A stretch of DNA of 25,320 nt from Cyanobacteriota bacterium. Its GTDB lineage: Bacteria; Cyanobacteriota; Cyanobacteriia; Thermostichales; Thermostichaceae. The position numbers and the translations under genes were made by a program. The notes below the pieces were generated by a model. That model was not told the DNA's origin. It did no database searches and was given only the letters and a program-made list of their open reading frames with translations. The stretch covers positions 1-25,320 of the forward strand of contig JANRIL010000003.1 in NCBI GenBank assembly GCA_033764955.1. The letters are read 5' to 3'. The stretch's first letter is position 1; each line of letters starts with the position of its first letter. Of this stretch, positions 19,483-25,320 are shown piece after piece.

Positions 19483-19600
19483 GGCACCGCACGAGCATCT
19501 GATTTTTAACCACAGCGAGATTATATTTCCTTCGGAAAGCCCCTAATAATCTTGCAGATGATATCGTTTCAATATCAGTTAAAACTCATAAATAGGGAAA

Positions 19601-22600
19601 ATGAAATTGATTAAAACTGATTGGGGTATATTTAAAGCAAAGTTCTCAGCAAATCCACAAAATGCTTTTGAGTGGATGTGTTATCTCCTTTTCTGCAATG
19701 AATTCAGCGTGAAAACTGGCATTTTTCGCTATAAAAACCAATCGGCTATGGAAACCAATCCAATTTCCTCAAATGGAGTTAATGTTGGTTGGCAAGCTAA
19801 ATTTTATGACGCCGCATTATCTAGCCATAAAAATGACATACTAGAAACGATTACAAAAGCAAAACGTGATTACCCTGATTTAAATAAAATAATTTTTTAC
19901 ACAAATTCAGAGTGGGGCCAAAACAAAGGAAAGGAACCACAAGGAAAAATAGAAGCAGAAAAAATAGCAAAAACAAACAACCTAGGAATTGAATGGAGAT
20001 GTTGTAGTTTTTTCGAATCACCGTTTGTTGTTGATGAATGTAGCCGGATCACTTCGTACTTCTTTACTCAATCTGATAATTTATTTGGACTTTTGGAGTC
20101 GTTCGAGTCTCATACAGGTGCAATTCTGGACGATATTGAAACTGCTATAACTTTTGGCGACCAAGATGTTTCAATCAATCGCTCTAATATTATATCTGAA
20201 ATTGAAAAGTCAGATGCTAGCGCGTTAATTATAAGTGGCAAAGGCGGCACGGGAAAAACAGCCTTGATAAAAGAGCTGTATGGAGACAAAGGAAAAAATG
20301 ATGCTTTTTATGTCCACAAAGCGACAGAATTTTCTGTTAGTAGCTTGAATGTATTTTTGTCAGGTGTTTTTCTAAAAGATTTTATTGGAGCACATGAAGG
20401 AGCTGACAATAAAACAGTTGTTATTGACTCTGCTGAACACTTGCTTGCTTTGGAAAATACTGATCCTATTAAAGAGTATCTATCCAATTTAATCAAAGCT
20501 GGATGGAGGGTGTGGTTCACCACGAGAAATACCTACCTAAATGATTTAATTTTTCAGCTATATGAAGTATACAAAATTAGCTTTAAGTCGGTGCATCTAG
20601 AAAACCTGAATGAATATACATTATTCGAACTTGCCAAAAAGCATAATTTTGTCATCCCTGTTGACAAAAGGCTCAAAGCGCTCATATTGACTCCATTTTA
20701 TCTTAGGGAGTATTTGAAGCATTACCAAGACAACAAGGGCGCAAGCTACTTTGAATTCAAAGATTTTTTATGGCCAAGAGTCATTGCGAAACGATCCCCG
20801 CAACGAGAACAATTTTTCATACATCTTGCTAAAGAAAGAGCTAATTCAGGAAGGTTTTTCGTTAATCCAGATCATAGCTACTCAAATGAAGCGGTAGAAA
20901 AATCGTTGGTTTCCGATGGAATAATTAGCTATGAGTCTACTCGCGGTTATTTTATTACTCATGATATATATGAAGAATGGGCACTTGATAAATTCGTTGA
21001 GAGTAATTATTTATCCTCAGAAAATGCTGAAATATTTTTTGATAGAATACAACAGTCTTTGCCCATAAGAAGGGTTTTCAGGCGGTGGCTATCAGAGAAA
21101 CTTAGTGCGGCCAATGAAGAAGTTAGCCATCTTATTGTAGAAACCTTGTCGTCTCACAAAGTATCTAATTTGTGGAAGGATGAAGTGCTAGTTTCCATGC
21201 TTCTATCCGACTATTCCGATTATTTTTTTGCCGTTAATAAAAATTTACTATTGGAAGACGATTTCAGACTTCTAAAACGGATATGCTTGTTGATACGAAT
21301 AGGATGCAAAGAGATAGATAATAGTATTTTTGATAGACTTGGAGTGAGAACGCCAGATATTTTATCAATGGAATATATAATAACCAAGCCGAAAGGAAAC
21401 GGGTGGAAATCGCTTATCAAGTTCATCAATGACAATCTCGAAAAGATAGGTGTTAATAATCTCAGTTTTGTATTGCCCGCCCTCTACGACTGGAACAGCC
21501 ACAACAAGTCTGGCGACGCAACTAAATATTCCAGCCTAATTGCATTATCGTTTTACAAATCGGTAATCGAAAACAACGTCTATATTAGGGATGATGGTTT
21601 TTCCAAGGAGTTAATCCTTACCATTTTGTATGGGGCAGGTGAAATTAAAAGTGAACTTGAAGCTATCATTGATGAAATTATTCTAAAAAATTGGAAGCGA
21701 CATAACGATCCATATCATCTAATGAGTGAATTCATTTTAACAAAAATGGAATACTTTAATGTTGCTATTGAAATTCCGAAAAAAGTGATTGCTCTAGCTA
21801 AATGCCTTTGGGTGTATGAACCACCAAAAAACGACAATTATTTTTATGGATCAAGACTAGAGATAGATCATGAATTTGGTGTTGAGAATGGACATCAAGA
21901 CTATTATCCCGCCAGTGCTTATCAAACACCCATATACGCCCTGCTGAAAGCCAATTTAGAATTAACATTAAACTTCATTACCGACCTAATTAATTATGCT
22001 TCAAAAAAATATGCAGAATCCAGCCTTGATAAGGGCCTGGTTGAAACGGCAACACTATTACTAGATGATGGGAAGAAAATTGATCTGCCTATTTCAAACC
22101 GTCTTTGGTGCATGTACCGAGGAACACAGGTAAACCCTGATTTACTTGAATCAATATTAATGTCTCTAGAACGCTTCTTTCTTGAGAGAGGAAAAAATAC
22201 CAAATCTGAAACACTTGAATTTTATCTAAATTATATTCTAACAAGATCTGAATCTTCTGCGCTCGTGGATGTTGTTGCAAGCATAGTATGTGCTTTTCAC
22301 GAGAAAACATTTAATGTAGCCAAAACTCTATTCAGGACAAAAGAATTTTTCTTCTATGACACATCTAGAATGATGTTGGATCAAACACATAAAACTCAAC
22401 TTACTTCGCTCAAAAATTTTAGCATCAACCGGATGAATGAGCTTCATGAGAATGAAAGGATAAGTGCCTGCGATCAAAAACATCGAAAAAAATCACTAGA
22501 AAATATAGCGCTTCAGTATCAGTTTTTCAGGGCAGAAGAAGTGAGCGAAGAAGAATCTGAGAAAAGGCTTCGAGAAATTTGGGATATTTGGGATATTCAC

Positions 22601-24322
22601 TACAAAAACTTACCGGGGAAAGAACTAGAAAATCATCGCGATAAAACTTGGCGTCTATATTTAGCCCGTATGGACAAAAGGAAAATGTCGCTTGAAACCA
22701 AAGAAGTTGAAGATGGCATAACAATTGAATTCAATCCGGAAATTGATCCAGAGCTTAGGGAATATAGTGAAAAGTCTCAGCGAGAAGCGAGCAAGCATTT
22801 TGCACATTCCGGTTTAAAGATTTGGGCCGATAGTAGGCTCTATAATAGAGATGAGTACAAAAAATATGCGTCTTATGAAAATGATCCATTGACTGCTTTG
22901 AGTGAGGCACAAGAAATATGGAATCAACTTTCAGAAGGCAACGTGACGGAGGAATTACAGTTTGATCGAGCTACACCATCGTATGTGTGCGCCGTGCTAT
23001 TGCGAGACTTTAAAGGAAAGTTAGGTAAAACCGAGCTGGAATTTTGCAAGGAAGTCATATTTGAATACGCAAATATTGTTAACAATAATGATTACATGCA
23101 CCAGATCGGCGATGGCTTTGTTCCTGCGTTATTTGTACTCCCAAGATTGATAGATGATTTTCCGGAAGAAAGACTAACTATCAAGTTGCTATTAATCAAA
23201 GCGCTATTGAGGCATGACCCAATAACGATGATGGGAGTGGACAGGATAAATTCAGTAGCCATTCAAGCTGTTCTGCACTTATGGAAGAATAAACCAGATT
23301 TCATGAAGTCGCTGTACATTGGGTATTTGGTAATTGCTCAAAAACATAGAGACGTTCAGGACCGTTTAAGACAAGAGGCATATAAACAGCACAAATATGA
23401 AATTGATAACAATGACTTTGAGCGGGAGTTATTGAAAGAATTAGAGAGTGTAGCAAAGAGTATCGAAGATGAAACCATCACGGAATCCGTAATAGACAAC
23501 ATTGAAAGCATAGATAACGACATATTGATAACTGCTTTTCAGCTTGCACCATTGGATGGCGAACACAATAAAACAGTGCCGTTTGTCGAGGATATTATTA
23601 GAATAATTTCACAGCAATTGCTTTCACCAGACAGAGAAGACCGGCTTAATTATACTCTCAGATATGAATTTTTAAAGCACTATGCCCGTTTTATCCTGCA
23701 TATAGGGAATAGCGAGAAGGACAAATACCTTAAATATTTTACCGATAATTTCACCTTGAGTGAAGGCATGGCAGATTTGTTAAATGAATTTGTTAGCGCT
23801 GAAGACTCATTGAATATACCAGACTCATTTTGGTATGTTTGGAATCGATTTAAAGACCATATCGTTGATTCAATAAATAGCCAAGGTTGGAGGCATGATA
23901 AAGAACGTATAATCGAATCCTTTTTATTTGGAAGAGTCCCTTGGAAGGATGAAGCAATGACATGGCATACATTTTCACCGGAGAATAAAGCATTTTTTGA
24001 TGACCTAAGTGGCAGGATCGGTGGTGAGCCTTCTTTTATTTATAGCATTAGTAAACTCCTTTGTGGCATTGGAAGTGAATTTTTAGATGATGGTATTTAC
24101 TGGATCAGTAACGCAATTAATACTTTTTATATTGATATATCAAAGCATAAATCAGGTAATACTATATTTTATTTGGAGAGATATATGAGAAGGTATTTAT
24201 TCAAAAATCATGACAAAGTTAAACGAACACCAAATTTACGGGCAAAGTCAATGGTGGTTCTGGATTTCCTGGTTGAGCAATATTCAATTACTGGTTATCT
24301 CCTAAGAGAAGATTTAGCCTAG
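19601..24322 (+). CDS. avs4: AVAST type 4 antiviral STAND NTPase/nuclease Avs4
   Basis: N-terminus W..FKAKFS.NPQ..FEW.CYLLFC.EF...GIFRYKNQS..ETNPI...GWQAKFY matches the Avs4 Mrr-like nuclease domain as recalled. Walker A GKGGTGKT, Walker B VVIDSAE, long helical C-terminus, 1573 aa, AT-rich. Confidence 0.88.
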   Translation: MKLIKTDWGIFKAKFSANPQNAFEWMCYLLFCNEFSVKTGIFRYKNQSAMETNPISSNGVNVGWQAKFYDAALSSHKNDILETITKAKRDYPDLNKIIFYTNSEWGQNKGKEPQGKIEAEKIAKTNNLGIEWRCCSFFESPFVVDECSRITSYFFTQSDNLFGLLESFESHTGAILDDIETAITFGDQDVSINRSNIISEIEKSDASALIISGKGGTGKTALIKELYGDKGKNDAFYVHKATEFSVSSLNVFLSGVFLKDFIGAHEGADNKTVVIDSAEHLLALENTDPIKEYLSNLIKAGWRVWFTTRNTYLNDLIFQLYEVYKISFKSVHLENLNEYTLFELAKKHNFVIPVDKRLKALILTPFYLREYLKHYQDNKGASYFEFKDFLWPRVIAKRSPQREQFFIHLAKERANSGRFFVNPDHSYSNEAVEKSLVSDGIISYESTRGYFITHDIYEEWALDKFVESNYLSSENAEIFFDRIQQSLPIRRVFRRWLSEKLSAANEEVSHLIVETLSSHKVSNLWKDEVLVSMLLSDYSDYFFAVNKNLLLEDDFRLLKRICLLIRIGCKEIDNSIFDRLGVRTPDILSMEYIITKPKGNGWKSLIKFINDNLEKIGVNNLSFVLPALYDWNSHNKSGDATKYSSLIALSFYKSVIENNVYIRDDGFSKELILTILYGAGEIKSELEAIIDEIILKNWKRHNDPYHLMSEFILTKMEYFNVAIEIPKKVIALAKCLWVYEPPKNDNYFYGSRLEIDHEFGVENGHQDYYPASAYQTPIYALLKANLELTLNFITDLINYASKKYAESSLDKGLVETATLLLDDGKKIDLPISNRLWCMYRGTQVNPDLLESILMSLERFFLERGKNTKSETLEFYLNYILTRSESSALVDVVASIVCAFHEKTFNVAKTLFRTKEFFFYDTSRMMLDQTHKTQLTSLKNFSINRMNELHENERISACDQKHRKKSLENIALQYQFFRAEEVSEEESEKRLREIWDIWDIHYKNLPGKELENHRDKTWRLYLARMDKRKMSLETKEVEDGITIEFNPEIDPELREYSEKSQREASKHFAHSGLKIWADSRLYNRDEYKKYASYENDPLTALSEAQEIWNQLSEGNVTEELQFDRATPSYVCAVLLRDFKGKLGKTELEFCKEVIFEYANIVNNNDYMHQIGDGFVPALFVLPRLIDDFPEERLTIKLLLIKALLRHDPITMMGVDRINSVAIQAVLHLWKNKPDFMKSLYIGYLVIAQKHRDVQDRLRQEAYKQHKYEIDNNDFERELLKELESVAKSIEDETITESVIDNIESIDNDILITAFQLAPLDGEHNKTVPFVEDIIRIISQQLLSPDREDRLNYTLRYEFLKHYARFILHIGNSEKDKYLKYFTDNFTLSEGMADLLNEFVSAEDSLNIPDSFWYVWNRFKDHIVDSINSQGWRHDKERIIESFLFGRVPWKDEAMTWHTFSPENKAFFDDLSGRIGGEPSFIYSISKLLCGIGSEFLDDGIYWISNAINTFYIDISKHKSGNTIFYLERYMRRYLFKNHDKVKRTPNLRAKSMVVLDFLVEQYSITGYLLREDLA

Positions 24323-24448
24323 CTAAAAAACTTTGTGGCCGAGGTTTACCGAATAACCAAAGGCCTAAATCAAATACGAAGAATATATTATTTGTAGTTT
24401 GTGTCGCTCCTATCCATATGCTGATAAATGGCGACATATTTATGTGCC

Positions 24449-24520
24449 GTATAACAAGTTGCTGCACACGGATAAATTACTCGCTGTGCTCCTAATTTAC
24501 CGATGAGCAAAGCGTTAGTC
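24449..24520 (+). other. attC site 4 (72 bp)
   Basis: R'' GTATAAC, TTGCTGCACACGGATAAATTA pairing with TAATTTACCGATGAGCAA, then R' GTTAGTC. Confidence 0.92.
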
Positions 24521-24600
24521 CGCTTGAATTGTCAGTGATGACTTAGAATGGTATGACTCGTAAGCTATAGGATTTAGAGAGTCATAAGCTGAGAAGAAAT

Positions 24601-25242
24601 ATGCATCCACAGGATACAGCCACTCGATACAATCACATTGCCCAATGGTGGCAAACTCAGCATCAAGGCTCGCTTTATGGTATCGCACAGTTAGAGCAGG
24701 CCATCAAATTTACTACTAAAAAACAATCAGCTATTGATATAGGGTGCGGAAGCAGCGGACGTTTTATTAAAGTCTTAAGCGAACATGGATTTCAAGCGGA
24801 AGGACTTGATATTTCCGAGGAAATGATTGATTTAGCTAAACAACTGCATCCAGGCGTCACCTTTTACTGGTCAGACATCTGCTGCTGGAACCCTTCCAAA
24901 TCCTACAACTTGATTGTTGCTTGGGATAGCACGTTTCACCTGCCGCTAGATATGCAAGAACCTGTCACGAAAAAGCTATGCAATGCTCTTGAACCTGATG
25001 GGGTGCTTATGTTTACCTGTGGAGGTGGATACAGACAAGATGAGGTATCTGGAACATTTCAAGGTCAAGACTTTGAGTACAGCACGTTGGGCGTAAATGC
25101 TTTCTTAAAGATTCTAATTGAGCAACATTGTACTTGTCTTCACGTCGAATACGATCAATATCCTGAGAACCATGTTTACATACAGCCTATTCGACGATTA
25201 GCTAGTACAGTAACAGCACTTGGTAAACCAGTTTCTGAATGA
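24601..25242 (+). CDS. Class I SAM-dependent methyltransferase; 3' end replaced by IS sequence
   Basis: IDIGCGSSG, GLDIS and AWDSTFHLP motifs. Native sequence appears to end at HVYI (25182); the last 19 residues are read from the IS end. Confidence 0.85.
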   Translation: MHPQDTATRYNHIAQWWQTQHQGSLYGIAQLEQAIKFTTKKQSAIDIGCGSSGRFIKVLSEHGFQAEGLDISEEMIDLAKQLHPGVTFYWSDICCWNPSKSYNLIVAWDSTFHLPLDMQEPVTKKLCNALEPDGVLMFTCGGGYRQDEVSGTFQGQDFEYSTLGVNAFLKILIEQHCTCLHVEYDQYPENHVYIQPIRRLASTVTALGKPVSE

Positions 25243-25320
25243 TGCCTTCTCTACCAAATATAGTGCGATCTCTATCAGCTTTTCTATGCTTTCCATCCCC
25301 CTAGAAGGAAACAGTCGGAC
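25181..25320 (-). mobile_element. IS630-family element end with transposase C-terminus (partial)
   Basis: Minus strand 25320-25198 reads VRLFPSRGMESIEKLIEIALYLVEKASFRNWFTKCCYCTS*, matching the NWFTxCCYCTS ending of cyanobacterial IS630 transposases. The boundary is at a TA (25181-25182). Confidence 0.78.

Larger units (their letters stand above)
14382..25320 (+). mobile_element. Integron gene cassette array (at least 5 cassettes; no intI in window)
   Basis: Four co-oriented attC sites. Cassettes: 14382-16583, 16584-18249, 18250-19476, 19477-24514 and 24515 to beyond the window. Confidence 0.9.

Noticed and set aside
16577..19546. Short ORFs 16577-16783, 17354-17551 and 19340-19546
   Set aside because: They cross attC junctions or overlap better-supported genes and have no recognisable features.
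25315..25320. Terminal TCGGAC as the start of cassette 5's attC R'' (expected GGACTAAC)
   Set aside because: It lies inside the IS630 transposase reading frame on the minus strand, so it is most likely coincidence.

Overview
Cyanobacterial chromosome window; the many GGGATCCC palindromes suggest a Thermostichus/Yellowstone Synechococcus-like lineage. Bases 1-13.9 kb are core genome: psbA 3' end, dnaK-dnaJ(type II) on the minus strand, a radical SAM gene, grpE-dnaK-dnaJ-tusA-like-rsgA-aroC, lpxD and a GNAT. From 14381 to the end lies an integron-type gene cassette array with no integrase gene in the window. It has an attI-like site and four attC sites. For each complete cassette, the first 8-12 bases are the exact reverse complement of its own attC R'' end. 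Cassette 1 is a controller/HNH nuclease/C5-methyltransferase module whose motif IX is encoded by a second protein overprinted in the +1 frame (M.EcoHK31I-like). Cassette 2 carries a Psb34-like PSII factor, a small membrane protein and an SRPBCC gene. Cassette 3 is an adenosine deaminase. Cassette 4 is 5 kb and carries the anti-phage STAND nuclease Avs4. Cassette 5 is a SAM methyltransferase interrupted by an IS630 element. An unexplained periodic array of palindromes lies just upstream of the attI-like site. Family assignments are from motif recognition and recall, not database searches.
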